Source: Verrucomicrobiota bacterium | Lineage (GTDB): Bacteria > Verrucomicrobiota > Verrucomicrobiia > Verrucomicrobiales > Akkermansiaceae | DNA length: 64,000 nt | Direction: 5' to 3' | Assembly: GCA_037133375.1 (NCBI GenBank) | Contig: JBAXOF010000001.1 | Span: 4,724-68,723 of the forward strand | Shown: piece by piece, positions 19,614-28,463 of the stretch | Numbering within the stretch: the stretch's first letter is position 1 | How the letters are laid out: every line of letters starts with the position of its first letter | Made by a program: the position numbers and the translations under genes | Notes under the pieces: model-generated | The model's database searches: none | What the model was told of the DNA's origin: nothing | What the model saw: only the letters and a program-made list of their open reading frames with translations

Positions 19614-20534
19614 ATGCCCGATCCAACTGTCATTACCCTGCAAATTTGTTTCGCCAGCGCGCTGGGGATTTTTGTGCTGGTCTCAATCGTTAGGGCCCTC
19701 AGGGCGCGGCGGGTGGCACCCGATCTAACAGATTCGGAGCCTCCAGTAACGGATTCCTGTGCTAACCTGACAGTATCCGCCAGCATGCCCCCTCCGCTGC
19801 CGGTGGGACGGGTGGCCACCTGGCCCTACGTGGGCATCGACCTGCTGTGGGTGGGTTTCATCTTCCTGACGTTTTTTGCGCTCAGCGTCGGCACGGCCCG
19901 CATGGCGGCGACCCAAACGGAGATCGTCATCAGCGTGCAGGGCCTGATCCAATCCATCGGCTTCCAACTGGTGCTGGCCGGCCTGACCCTGGGGGTGATG
20001 GTGTGGCGGATCCGCCCGATTGCCTGGCTGGGTTTGCGCTGGAAGGGCTGGATCTGGGTGTTTTTGATGGCTCCTGCCGGGGTTGCCGCGATGTGGTTGC
20101 TGAGCGCAGGGCTGTATGCCGCAGGCTATATGCAATGGCTGGATTCGCTCGGCGTCGAACCCATGCAAGATAGCGTGAAACTGCTGCAAACCACCCGCGA
20201 TCCCCTCGCCTTGGGCCTGATGGCGGTCGCCGCCATGCTGGTGGCCCCGCTCTGTGAGGAACTCGTTTTCCGCGGCTACCTCTACCCCGCCGCTAAAAAA
20301 TTTGCCGGGCCCTGGGTGGCAGGCGCTTGCTCCGCGCTGGTCTTTGCCGCCGCCCACGGCAGTCTGGCACCGTTGGTTCCGCTGTTCTTTTTCGGCTGCT
20401 TACTGGTTTTGGCCTACGAGCGCAGCGGTTCGCTGTGGGCTCCCATTGCCATGCATTGTTGTTTCAACTCGACCACTGTCACCATTCAAGTCGTTGCCCG
20501 CCTCTGCCATTTTCCCCTCTCTCCAGACCTGTGA
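19614..20534 (+). CDS. CPBP-family (CAAX type II/Abi) intramembrane glutamic endopeptidase
   Basis: APLCEELVFRGYLY (EExxFR), FAAAH, IAMHCCFN; multi-TM. GTGA overlap with thiL. Confidence 0.9.
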   Translation: MPDPTVITLQICFASALGIFVLVSIVRALRARRVAPDLTDSEPPVTDSCANLTVSASMPPPLPVGRVATWPYVGIDLLWVGFIFLTFFALSVGTARMAATQTEIVISVQGLIQSIGFQLVLAGLTLGVMVWRIRPIAWLGLRWKGWIWVFLMAPAGVAAMWLLSAGLYAAGYMQWLDSLGVEPMQDSVKLLQTTRDPLALGLMAVAAMLVAPLCEELVFRGYLYPAAKKFAGPWVAGACSALVFAAAHGSLAPLVPLFFFGCLLVLAYERSGSLWAPIAMHCCFNSTTVTIQVVARLCHFPLSPDL

Positions 20535-21442
20535 TCCGTCTGTCCGATATTGGCGAAGACGCGCTCATCCAGCGCCTTATCCGCCTGCTGCCGCGCGATC
20601 CAAACCCTAGCGCCGGCCCCGGTGACGATTGCGCGGTGATCGATCTTGGCCCCAGTCATGACAGACTCCAATTGCTCAAAACCGACGCCCTCGTCGAACA
20701 TGTCCATTTTCTTCCCGCCGCCCCGCCGCGGGCGGTCGGCTGGAAAGCTGCGGCCCGGGTCGTCTCCGACTTCGCCGCCATGGGCGGGCATCCGGAACAC
20801 TTCCTCATCACCCTCGCCCTGCCACCGCATACCCCTGTAGCGTGGGCGGAAGACCTCTATCGCGGCATCGGCGATTGCCTTGAACGCTTCGGCGGCGTCC
20901 TCGCCGGCGGCGAAACCTCCAGCGTCCCACCTCACTCCGCAGCTGTCATCGCCGTCGCCGCCACCGGCTCGGTCCGCCGCACCCATCTCACCCTCCGGTC
21001 CACCGCCTGTCCCGGCCAGGCCCTCCTCGTCACCGGCGCCCTCGGCGGCGCCCACCTCGGCAAACATCTCACGTTCACCCCGCGCCAGAAAGAAACCGAT
21101 TGGTTGGTATCCAATTTCAAGCCGGCGGCGATGATGGATTTATCGGACGGGTTGGGGCGGGATTTGCCGCGCATGGCGGCGGCCAGTGGGTGCGGGTATG
21201 AGGTGGTGCGTGGGGAGTTGCCGGTGACGGCCGGGTGCACAGTGGAGCAGGCGCTGGGGGAGGGGGAGGATTTTGAGATTCTGCTGGCGCTGGAGGCGGC
21301 TGCGGTGCCGGGGTTGCTGGCGGCGTGGGGGCAAGCGTTTCCGGGTTTGGCGCTGACCCGGGTAGGGCAATTGGTGGCGGCGGGAGCGGGTGAGTCGCTG
21401 CACGGCGGGTGGGAGCATTTTTCCAAACCCAGGGCATGGTGA
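20531..21442 (+). CDS. thiL: Thiamine-monophosphate kinase
   Basis: IGEDALI, GPGDDCAV, KTDALVEHVHF, VSDFAAMGG, LAGGET, MMDLSDGL, GEDFEIL. Confidence 0.93.
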   Translation: MIRLSDIGEDALIQRLIRLLPRDPNPSAGPGDDCAVIDLGPSHDRLQLLKTDALVEHVHFLPAAPPRAVGWKAAARVVSDFAAMGGHPEHFLITLALPPHTPVAWAEDLYRGIGDCLERFGGVLAGGETSSVPPHSAAVIAVAATGSVRRTHLTLRSTACPGQALLVTGALGGAHLGKHLTFTPRQKETDWLVSNFKPAAMMDLSDGLGRDLPRMAAASGCGYEVVRGELPVTAGCTVEQALGEGEDFEILLALEAAAVPGLLAAWGQAFPGLALTRVGQLVAAGAGESLHGGWEHFSKPRAW

Positions 21443-22356
21443 AGAGTGCAAGCGATGGAGGTGGCGTGAGCGAGGCGGAGGAGCGCGCATTTTTGGACTT
21501 CCAAAGCACGGAAAAGAGTGCGTCGCAACGCACGCTGGTGAATTATCGGGAGTGCCTCGCGGCGTATCGAGCGTGGCGCGGCGCGAGCTTCAGCGGTTGG
21601 CGGGAGGCGAGCGCTGATGATTTCCGGGATTATCTTTTTGCGCTGCTGAAGCGCGGGTTGCAGCGCTCGACCATTCGCTTGCGTTTTGCCGCGCTGCGTT
21701 CGTTCTACAAATACCTGGTGTTGCGCCGCGGTCTGGCCCGCAGCCCGGTGGCGGAAGTTCTGCTGCCCAAACCGGCGCGCGGCCTGCCGGTGGTTCTGAG
21801 CATCGCCCAAATTGACGAACTGCTGACCCTGCCGCTGCGCTTGCCCTTGGATAAGAAGACGCCCGTGTGGCTGCCCCTGCGCGATGCGGCGATTCTTGAA
21901 CTTTTTTATTCCAGCGGGTTGCGGATTGCCGAGTTGTTAGCACTGGAGGTCAAGGACGTGGATTTTATCGGTGAAACTGTCCGCGTAATCGGCAAGGGCG
22001 CGAAGCAACGCATCGCGCCCGTCGGTGGCCCGGCGCTTGCGGCAATCCAGCGCTACCGGCAGGAGGCGCTGGTCACTTCCGGCCCGTTGTTTCTGAGCAA
22101 ACTGCGGCGGCGTATCACCCAGCAAGCCGTGGATCAATTGCTTAGAAAATACCTCAAACACAGCAGTATCCCGTTTGGGATCAGCCCGCACAAACTGCGC
22201 CACAGTTTTGCCACCCATCTGTTGGATGCCGGCGCGGACCTCCGCAGCGTGCAGTCCCTGCTCGGCCACGCCTCGCTCTCCACCACCCAGATCTACACCC
22301 ACGTGACCAAGGAACGGCTCAAGACCGCCTACGACCACGCCCACCCGCGGGCCTGA
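21436..22356 (+). CDS. xerC: XerC/XerD-type tyrosine recombinase
   Basis: N-terminal SAM-like domain; RDAAILELFYSSGLRIAEL; GKGAKQR; HKLRHSFATHLL; LGHASLSTTQIYTHV. The XerC versus XerD assignment is uncertain. Confidence 0.85.
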   Translation: MVKSASDGGGVSEAEERAFLDFQSTEKSASQRTLVNYRECLAAYRAWRGASFSGWREASADDFRDYLFALLKRGLQRSTIRLRFAALRSFYKYLVLRRGLARSPVAEVLLPKPARGLPVVLSIAQIDELLTLPLRLPLDKKTPVWLPLRDAAILELFYSSGLRIAELLALEVKDVDFIGETVRVIGKGAKQRIAPVGGPALAAIQRYRQEALVTSGPLFLSKLRRRITQQAVDQLLRKYLKHSSIPFGISPHKLRHSFATHLLDAGADLRSVQSLLGHASLSTTQIYTHVTKERLKTAYDHAHPRA

Positions 22357-22446
22357 GTGCCCTGCTGGATATGCCAAATTGCCGAGGTAAGCAGTTGCAT
22401 TGAAGACCTTTCCATCGTAGTTGTCCCCGCTCTGCCGCTCCTTGTC

Positions 22447-23082
22447 ATGAAATCGCCCCGCCACCTTATCACGCTTGCCGCCCCGGTGCTGGCGATACTG
22501 CTTGCCAGTTGTGCCACCAAGAAGCCCCCGCCCAGCGCCCCCGCCAAGTTCGTTAACCCTTATCCAGAGGGCACCTACCAACATTTCACAGCGGCACGCA
22601 ACTACCCGAAAACCTACACCATTTGGAAAAACCAGGAAATCCTCTCCCGCACCAACCCCGGCAACTCCCATGTCCGCATCGACCTCACCCAACAACGCGG
22701 GTTCCTCATGAATGGTGACCAGGTCGCCCTGGACTATCCGATTTGCTCCGGTCGCCCAGGCCATGAGACGCCCACCGGAAACTTCAGCATTCTCGAAATG
22801 CTGGTGGAAAAACAATCCAATGTGTATGGACGCATCTACGACGCCGAGGACGTCTGCGTCAATAAGGATGCCGACATCACCAAAGACCCGGTCCCCGAGG
22901 GGGGGCGTTTCGACGGTGCTCCCATGCGCTACTGGATGCGCCTGACCAACGACGGCGTGGGCCATCACATCGCGCTGGTCCGCCGCGCGCCCGCATCCCA
23001 CGCCTGCATCCGCGGCCCGGTCGGGGCCATTCCCATTGTCTATTCCAAAGTCAAACTTGGCACCAAGGTGACCGTGGAATAG
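22447..23082 (+). CDS. L,D-transpeptidase (YkuD) family lipoprotein
   Basis: Lipobox LLASC; TPTGNFSI; catalytic region GHHI...ASHACIR. Confidence 0.88.
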   Translation: MKSPRHLITLAAPVLAILLASCATKKPPPSAPAKFVNPYPEGTYQHFTAARNYPKTYTIWKNQEILSRTNPGNSHVRIDLTQQRGFLMNGDQVALDYPICSGRPGHETPTGNFSILEMLVEKQSNVYGRIYDAEDVCVNKDADITKDPVPEGGRFDGAPMRYWMRLTNDGVGHHIALVRRAPASHACIRGPVGAIPIVYSKVKLGTKVTVE

Positions 23083-23142
23083 GACGCGCCTCACCGCACC
23101 GCCATTGATTGTTAGACAGGGCGTTGGCAGGGCTGCCAAGCC

Positions 23143-24426
23143 GTGAAAATCCCCCTCGCGATGATGCCCCGCAACAAACCCGAAATCATGGCCCCGGCTG
23201 GCGACTGGACCAGCCTGCGTGCCGCGATCCATGCCGGTGCGGATGCCGTGTATTTCGGCCTGCGCGGCTTCAACATGCGCGACAATTCCAACAATTTCCG
23301 CGGGTCCGAGCTGGCACGGTTGGCCCGGACGTGCCAGCAGGCCGGGGTCCGCGCCTATCTCGCGCTCAACACCATCATTTACGAGAACGAAATTCCGCGC
23401 ATTCAACGTCTGCTTGATATGGCTGCTGCCGCCGGCATTGATGCGGTTATATGTTGGGATATGGCCGTGATTGAAGCGGCCACCGCGCGCGGTCTGCCGG
23501 TGTTTCTCTCCACCCAGATGTCATGCGCCAACTCCGCGAGCCTGGCCGCGTTCTATCGGACGTTTGGCATCCGGCGCTTTGTGCTCGCCCGCGAGTGCTC
23601 GCTGGCGCATATCCGCGCCATCCGCCGCACCCTCCCCCGCCTGCTCGGCGCGGACGCCGCCCACATTGAACTCGAGGTCTTCGCCCATGGCGCGATGTGC
23701 GTATCCATCAGCGGCCGCTGCTTCATGTCGGAGTCCACAGTGGGCAAATCCGCCAACCGCGGCCAATGCACCCAGCCGTGCCGCCGTGCCTATCAAATCA
23801 CCGGCAGCGATGACGACACGGCTTTCCGCCTGGGCGACGCTTATCTGCTTAGCCCGCAAGACCTGTGCACGCTCCCGTTCATCGAGCAATTGCTCGAGGC
23901 CGGCGTGAACAGCCTCAAGCTCGAAGGCCGCGGCCGCGCCCCGGAATACGTCAGCACCGTCACCTCCGCCTATCGCCGCGCCGTGGACTTTTATTGCGCC
24001 AACCGCCGCCGGCCCGGATTCCAACAGGATTTCCAACAACTCAAGGACTCCCTGATGGTGGAACTCGACGGCGTCTATCACCGCGGACGTGCGTCAGGGT
24101 TTTTCCTGGGTCGCCCGCTCGACCAGTGGACCGGCACCCCTAACAGCCAGGCCGTGGACAAAAAACTCCACGTCGGTGAGGTCGTCAAATTCTATCGCAA
24201 GGCCGGAGCCGTGGAGATCCGCGTTTGCGCCACGGAGTTTGCCCTGGGCGATGAGCTGCTCATCATGGGCCCCACCACCGGCGTCGTGCGCGTCCGCGTG
24301 ACCTCCATCCAAATCGAGCACCAGCCGCAGTCGGCAGCCCGCCGCGGCCAAGCCGTCGCAGTCCAACTCGAAGCCACAGTGCGCCCCGGCGACCGCGTCT
24401 ATCGGGTGACCCACCGGGAAAGATGA
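23143..24426 (+). CDS. Peptidase U32 family protein (TrhP/RlhA-like Fe-S RNA hydroxylase family)
   Basis: MAPAGD...GADAVYFG; Cys cluster [10 protein letters not shown]...[10 protein letters not shown]; LSPQDLC; SLKLEGR; C-terminal beta-barrel extension. Confidence 0.9.
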   Translation: MKIPLAMMPRNKPEIMAPAGDWTSLRAAIHAGADAVYFGLRGFNMRDNSNNFRGSELARLARTCQQAGVRAYLALNTIIYENEIPRIQRLLDMAAAAGIDAVICWDMAVIEAATARGLPVFLSTQMSCANSASLAAFYRTFGIRRFVLARECSLAHIRAIRRTLPRLLGADAAHIELEVFAHGAMCVSISGRCFMSESTVGKSANRGQCTQPCRRAYQITGSDDDTAFRLGDAYLLSPQDLCTLPFIEQLLEAGVNSLKLEGRGRAPEYVSTVTSAYRRAVDFYCANRRRPGFQQDFQQLKDSLMVELDGVYHRGRASGFFLGRPLDQWTGTPNSQAVDKKLHVGEVVKFYRKAGAVEIRVCATEFALGDELLIMGPTTGVVRVRVTSIQIEHQPQSAARRGQAVAVQLEATVRPGDRVYRVTHRER

Positions 24427-24484
24427 AGCATTATGTCGATTCTTCGGACTTGCCAAACCGGCGGCAGTGTGGCCAACTCTTGTG

Positions 24485-25297
24485 GTGAAAGCTTACCTTG
24501 ATTTGATGCGGGATGTGTTGGCCCATGGCGAGGCGCGCCCGGACCGGACAGGGACTGGCACGCTGGCCGTGTTCGGGCGCCAAGTGCGCTACGACCTGCG
24601 CGAGGGTTTTCCGTGCGTGACCACCAAGAAGTTGCACCTGCGCTCGATCATTCATGAGTTGTTGTGGATATTGCGCGGGGAAACCAATACCCGTTACCTC
24701 AACGACCACGGGGTGACCATCTGGGATGAATGGGCGGATGCGGACGGCGAACTCGGGCCAGTCTATGGCAGACAATGGCGGGCGTGGCCGACTCCGGATG
24801 GCCGGACTATCGATCAGATGCACCTGCTGGTGGATGAATTGTTAGGAGATCCATATTCGCGGCGGCATATTGTCTCGGCGTGGAATGTGGGGCAGATCCA
24901 TCAGATGGCGCTGCCGCCGTGTCACCTGTTATTCCAGTTTTTTGTGCACGCGCCGCGCGATGGCGGGCGGGCCGGGTTGTCGTGCCAACTTTACCAACGC
25001 AGCGCGGATTTATTTCTGGGGGTGCCCTTCAACATCGCCTCCTATGCCTTGCTCACGCAAATGGTGGCGCACGTCTGCGACTATGAGGCACGCGAGTTCA
25101 TCCATAGCTTCGGCGATGTCCACCTTTACGCCAACCATCTGGAGCAGGTCAATCTGCAGCTCTCCCGCGAGGTCAGGCCGTTGCCCACGCTGTGGCTCAA
25201 TCCGCTCGTCAAAGACCTCGATGCCTTCACCTTCGATGACATCCGCTTGGAAAACTACGACCCGCACCCGGCGATCAAGGCGCCGGTGTCCGTTTGA
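24485..25297 (+). CDS. thyA: Thymidylate synthase
   Basis: [38 protein letters not shown], catalytic [28 protein letters not shown]. Confidence 0.97.
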   Translation: MKAYLDLMRDVLAHGEARPDRTGTGTLAVFGRQVRYDLREGFPCVTTKKLHLRSIIHELLWILRGETNTRYLNDHGVTIWDEWADADGELGPVYGRQWRAWPTPDGRTIDQMHLLVDELLGDPYSRRHIVSAWNVGQIHQMALPPCHLLFQFFVHAPRDGGRAGLSCQLYQRSADLFLGVPFNIASYALLTQMVAHVCDYEAREFIHSFGDVHLYANHLEQVNLQLSREVRPLPTLWLNPLVKDLDAFTFDDIRLENYDPHPAIKAPVSV

Positions 25298-25304
25298 ACG
25301 GAGC

Positions 25305-25775
25305 ATGCAGCGGCACCTCACAGCGATAGTGGCGATGACGCCGGATCGGGTGATCGGGCGCGACGGGCAACTGCCATGGCACTTGCCGGAGGACCTGGCG
25401 TTTTTCAAGCGGACCACGCTCGGTCATCCGGTGGTGATGGGGCGCAAGACCTACGACTCGCTGGGCCGGCCGCTGCCCAAGCGCCGCAACATCGTGCTCA
25501 CCCGCGATCCGAATTGGTCGGCACCGGGCGTGGAGGTGATTCATGCTCCGGCGGAGTTGGCAGAATTGCCCGGGTTGGAACTGCGGGTGTTCGTCATCGG
25601 CGGGGCGGAGGTCTATCAGGCGTTTCTGCCGCTGCTGGATGATTTGTTAGTAAGCCACGTGTTTGGGAAACACGCGGGAGACACCCGCTTCCCGGAGTTC
25701 GCCGCCGCCTTCCCGAGGTGCGAGTTGCTGGAAATTCACCCGGACTTTGAAGTGCGCCGCTGGTGGCGGGGGTAG
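25305..25775 (+). CDS. folA: Dihydrofolate reductase
   Basis: IVAMTPDRVIGRDGQLPWHLPEDL, VMGRKTYDSLGRPLPKRRN, VIGGAEVY, GDTRFP; starts 8 nt after thyA. Confidence 0.96.
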   Translation: MQRHLTAIVAMTPDRVIGRDGQLPWHLPEDLAFFKRTTLGHPVVMGRKTYDSLGRPLPKRRNIVLTRDPNWSAPGVEVIHAPAELAELPGLELRVFVIGGAEVYQAFLPLLDDLLVSHVFGKHAGDTRFPEFAAAFPRCELLEIHPDFEVRRWWRG

Positions 25776-25844
25776 GAAATCACTGGCATCAACCACGTGC
25801 ATCTGCGGCGGCGTTTGCTTTCCCGGGTCCCTGCCCACCGCCGC

Positions 25845-26921
25845 CTACACCGTCACGTCCCGATTGAAGAACACCTTGATGAATTTCATGCCCTTGGTGT
25901 CGTCGTAGCCGCGCTCGATGACGGCATCGGGCTTGCCGGCCAATGCAGGCTTGAGATGAATTTCCACGCCGGTGTCGAGTTTGATGACGGCACTGACTTT
26001 CTTTTTTGCCTTGGTGACGTCTTTCTTGGAGATGTCGAACGAGTCGTCGAGTCGGTGGCCTTGTTCTTTCTCGATTTGCGCGCGGTGGGCGGCGAACCGA
26101 GCAGCTGCGGCCGGGGTCTTGAGCACCTGCTCCTCGAATTCCTGCAGGCTGAATTTTTCCTTGTCCTCAAAGTAGCCGAGCGCGTTGCGGGCGGCGGTGC
26201 AAGGTTCCCACGGCGGGGCGTCATCGTTGCGGGCTTGCGCCTTGGCTTCCTCCTCGACAAAGGCCACCGCCATGCTGGCATATTTGTTAGTGAGGAACGG
26301 ACTATCAGTGATGGGCACCACACCGAGGAAATCCCGCACCCAAAACCGTGAATCGGTGCCGGAGCGGTCGAAGATCAGAATATGATAGCCCTTTTGCGGC
26401 TGCTGGTTGAGAATGAGGCAACCCTTGTCAAGCTTGTCCGGATTGATCCCCTGCTCGGCTGACAACTGCAAATCGCCGTTACGGGTGGCAATGCTCAGGA
26501 ATGGCACCACGCTTTCGGATTTTAGGATGCACAGGCCTTGGGTGAGTTCGCCGTTGACCTCGATGTCGCGGATGAGGCAAATGCAGAGATCTCCGGACTT
26601 GATGTTAGGATGGTTGGACTTGGAATACAGGCGCTTGGCGATGGCGCAACCTCTTTCTAACAAGCAGTCGGGGTCGGCGAAGATTGCGGTGGCGCAGGTG
26701 TTCATTTCATGCTGCTCCAAGGACGCATGATGACTGAAGCGGTGGCCGCCGAGGTTTTTGAACGGCTTGAGGAACAAGGCGGAGAGGGCCTCCTGGTCCT
26801 CGTCGGTGATGGTGCAGATCTGTTTCGACGTTAGCAGGGGTTCATCGCGTTGCGGGTGACCTACCTTGGCGAGGACGAGACCGGTGGTGATGGCGGAGGA
26901 AAAACGAAGCTTCACAGACAT
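25845..26921 (-). CDS. Nucleoid-associated protein (NA37/YejK-NdpA-like family)
   Basis: From MSVKLRFS: KRLYSKSNHPNIKSGDL, ILKSES, GINPDKLDKGCLI, FWVRDFL, IKLDTGVEI and IERGYDD...FIKVFF, the pattern I recall for the 37-kDa nucleoid-associated family. Confidence 0.75.
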   Translation of the reverse strand: MSVKLRFSSAITTGLVLAKVGHPQRDEPLLTSKQICTITDEDQEALSALFLKPFKNLGGHRFSHHASLEQHEMNTCATAIFADPDCLLERGCAIAKRLYSKSNHPNIKSGDLCICLIRDIEVNGELTQGLCILKSESVVPFLSIATRNGDLQLSAEQGINPDKLDKGCLILNQQPQKGYHILIFDRSGTDSRFWVRDFLGVVPITDSPFLTNKYASMAVAFVEEEAKAQARNDDAPPWEPCTAARNALGYFEDKEKFSLQEFEEQVLKTPAAAARFAAHRAQIEKEQGHRLDDSFDISKKDVTKAKKKVSAVIKLDTGVEIHLKPALAGKPDAVIERGYDDTKGMKFIKVFFNRDVTV

Positions 26922-26926
26922 GGGGG

Positions 26927-26938
26927 GACGCAGCCTAG
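26927..26938 (-). promoter_or_regulatory. Putative -10/discriminator element CTAGGCTGCGTC upstream of the NA37 gene
   Basis: Identical to 19444-19455; ends 5 nt before the ATG at 26921, suggesting a near-leaderless transcript. Confidence 0.4.
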
Positions 26939-26991
26939 TCGCGACCTGCCAATGGGAAAGCCAAAACCCAAAAATTGACGGGGCGCGCCTG

Positions 26992-28215
26992 TTACAGGGT
27001 CGGCAGCAGCACCTCCACCCGTCCGAAGCAGGCGGGCGCGGCGGGATCGCAAGGTTCGGCGATGACCACCCGTTCCCACTCGGCGTCGAGATCGATGACC
27101 AATGGGGTGGTGGCGCTGAGCGGTAGCCAAGTTTGCAGATCAAGGGACTTGCGCGGGGTGTAGATGAGGGAGCTGTTTTTGCGCCGGAGATATTCGAAGT
27201 GTAGCACGGTCGTTGTTCCGCTGCGCTCAAACGCTATGAACGGCAGGCCCGTGGTACCGGTGCCAGGCGACAACACCGTCACGTCCGGGGCGGTGCCGTT
27301 CATGCAAAAGGCATATTTGAGCAGGTTCACGATGCCGTCATGCTGGGGGGCAGCAAGCGGATTGATGTCCAATGCGGTTAGGTTGGCGGCCGCGGCCCAT
27401 GCGGCGAGGGTGGTCGCGATCGGTGGTGGCGTGATGGCAGCGCCCTGGAGCACGTTCAATTCCGCCACGGCGCAATTCAGATCGCCGCTGACTTCCGTCA
27501 AGATCCGCAGCCTCACGTAACGCCCGCCCACCGAACCGAACAGCACTTCCTTCTCAGTCTTGGTATCGGCAAAACTGCCACTGGCCGCCGGCGCGCCCCA
27601 TTGGGTCCCGTCCATGCTCAGATAAAACTCGTATTGGCCGATATTGCCCACGCTATAGGCGTCTTGCCGCGGCAAATACCGGAACCCTCCGACCGGATAG
27701 ATAGCGCCGAGATCGATCTGGATTTCATGCGGTGGCTGGGTGGCGGCATTCAGGTAGTCGGTGGCCCATAATGTGTTAGGATTGCCGTCGAAGGCGTTGG
27801 TGGCGGCATAGCCGTTAACAGCCTGGCTATCCACATAGCGCAGCGACCATCCACTGCGGGGAATCACCGTCACCGAATCGGTTTGAGTCACCGGTATTTG
27901 ATAGAAAGCCTCGGCGGACGGCTGGCTCTGCAGACCAGCCAGATTGGTGGCAGTCACCACAAAATAGTAGGTGGTTCCCTCTATCAGGCCGGTCACAGTG
28001 GCGGTGGTGGTTGCGCCGGCATTGACAACGGTAGAATGCACTCCGGCGCTGGTGCCATAGCTCAATTGGTAACTGACTACGTCGGTCTCTGGATTCGGGT
28101 TCCATGCCAGCGTTATGGTGGCCGATCCCGAGGTTGCACCCAAACCCCGACTCGGGCTGAGCAACAGGGCTAGCCACAAGAAGGTAATTCCCGTTGCGCT
28201 GCGGGGGGTGATCAT
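26992..28215 (-). CDS. Secreted fibronectin type III + discoidin (F5/8 type C) protein with C-terminal tail domain
   Basis: Signal peptide MITPRSATGITFLWLALLLSPSRGLGA; FN3 (LAWNPNPETDVVSYQLSYG...TYYFVVTATNLAGLQS); F5/8C (AFDGNPNTLW, PHEIQIDLG, FRYLPRQD, YVRL, VAELNV); C-terminal HDGIVNLLKYAF...YLRRK...SLDLQTW...FGRVEV. Confidence 0.85.
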   Translation of the reverse strand: MITPRSATGITFLWLALLLSPSRGLGATSGSATITLAWNPNPETDVVSYQLSYGTSAGVHSTVVNAGATTTATVTGLIEGTTYYFVVTATNLAGLQSQPSAEAFYQIPVTQTDSVTVIPRSGWSLRYVDSQAVNGYAATNAFDGNPNTLWATDYLNAATQPPHEIQIDLGAIYPVGGFRYLPRQDAYSVGNIGQYEFYLSMDGTQWGAPAASGSFADTKTEKEVLFGSVGGRYVRLRILTEVSGDLNCAVAELNVLQGAAITPPPIATTLAAWAAAANLTALDINPLAAPQHDGIVNLLKYAFCMNGTAPDVTVLSPGTGTTGLPFIAFERSGTTTVLHFEYLRRKNSSLIYTPRKSLDLQTWLPLSATTPLVIDLDAEWERVVIAEPCDPAAPACFGRVEVLLPTL

Positions 28216-28406
28216 TCGTGATAACCGGCCGACGCGGCTGGCGATACGTACTAGGAATTGTTCTAAAGTCTTTGGCATGCCGCATCATGTGAGGACCAGA
28301 GACCGTCCGCGACTAGGGGGTTCCTTGGCGCCACTAGGAGGCCCCACAGGACGACAGCGCCGCCGATGGTGGCTATGGATGTGCGGGGAATGTCGTAAAA
28401 ATGCTA

Positions 28407-28436
28407 TTGACACTTCCCTGAGTTACCCTCCAGACT
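28407..28436 (+). promoter_or_regulatory. Possible sigma70 promoter for the beta-barrel gene
   Basis: Perfect TTGACA at 28407-28412; only a weak -10 (CAGACT, 18-nt spacer). Confidence 0.3.
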
Positions 28437-28463
28437 TTGAATAGTTCGTCCAAAATCCGTCTT

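Noticed and set aside
12442-20534. Type I (Ste24) and type II (CPBP) CAAX-protease homologues within 8 kb
   Set aside because: They are in different transcription units separated by unrelated genes, both are common in bacteria, and no shared substrate gene is evident.
21436-22356. Tyrosine recombinase as the integrase of a genomic island
   Set aside because: It looks like chromosomal XerC/D, is coupled to thiL among housekeeping genes, and no att repeats or tRNA were found.
1337-23406. Long alternative ORFs such as 1337-2233(+), 2677-3456(+), 7370-8332(+), 17489-18547(+), 19725-20357(-), 20932-21810(-) and 21937-23406(-)
   Set aside because: Antisense or off-frame shadows of well-supported genes, expected in GC-rich DNA with few stop codons; no recognisable motifs.
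26922-27230. 103-aa N-terminal extension of the NA37 ORF
   Set aside because: It overlaps the 3' end of the FN3-discoidin gene on the same strand; a promoter-like motif precedes ATG 26921.
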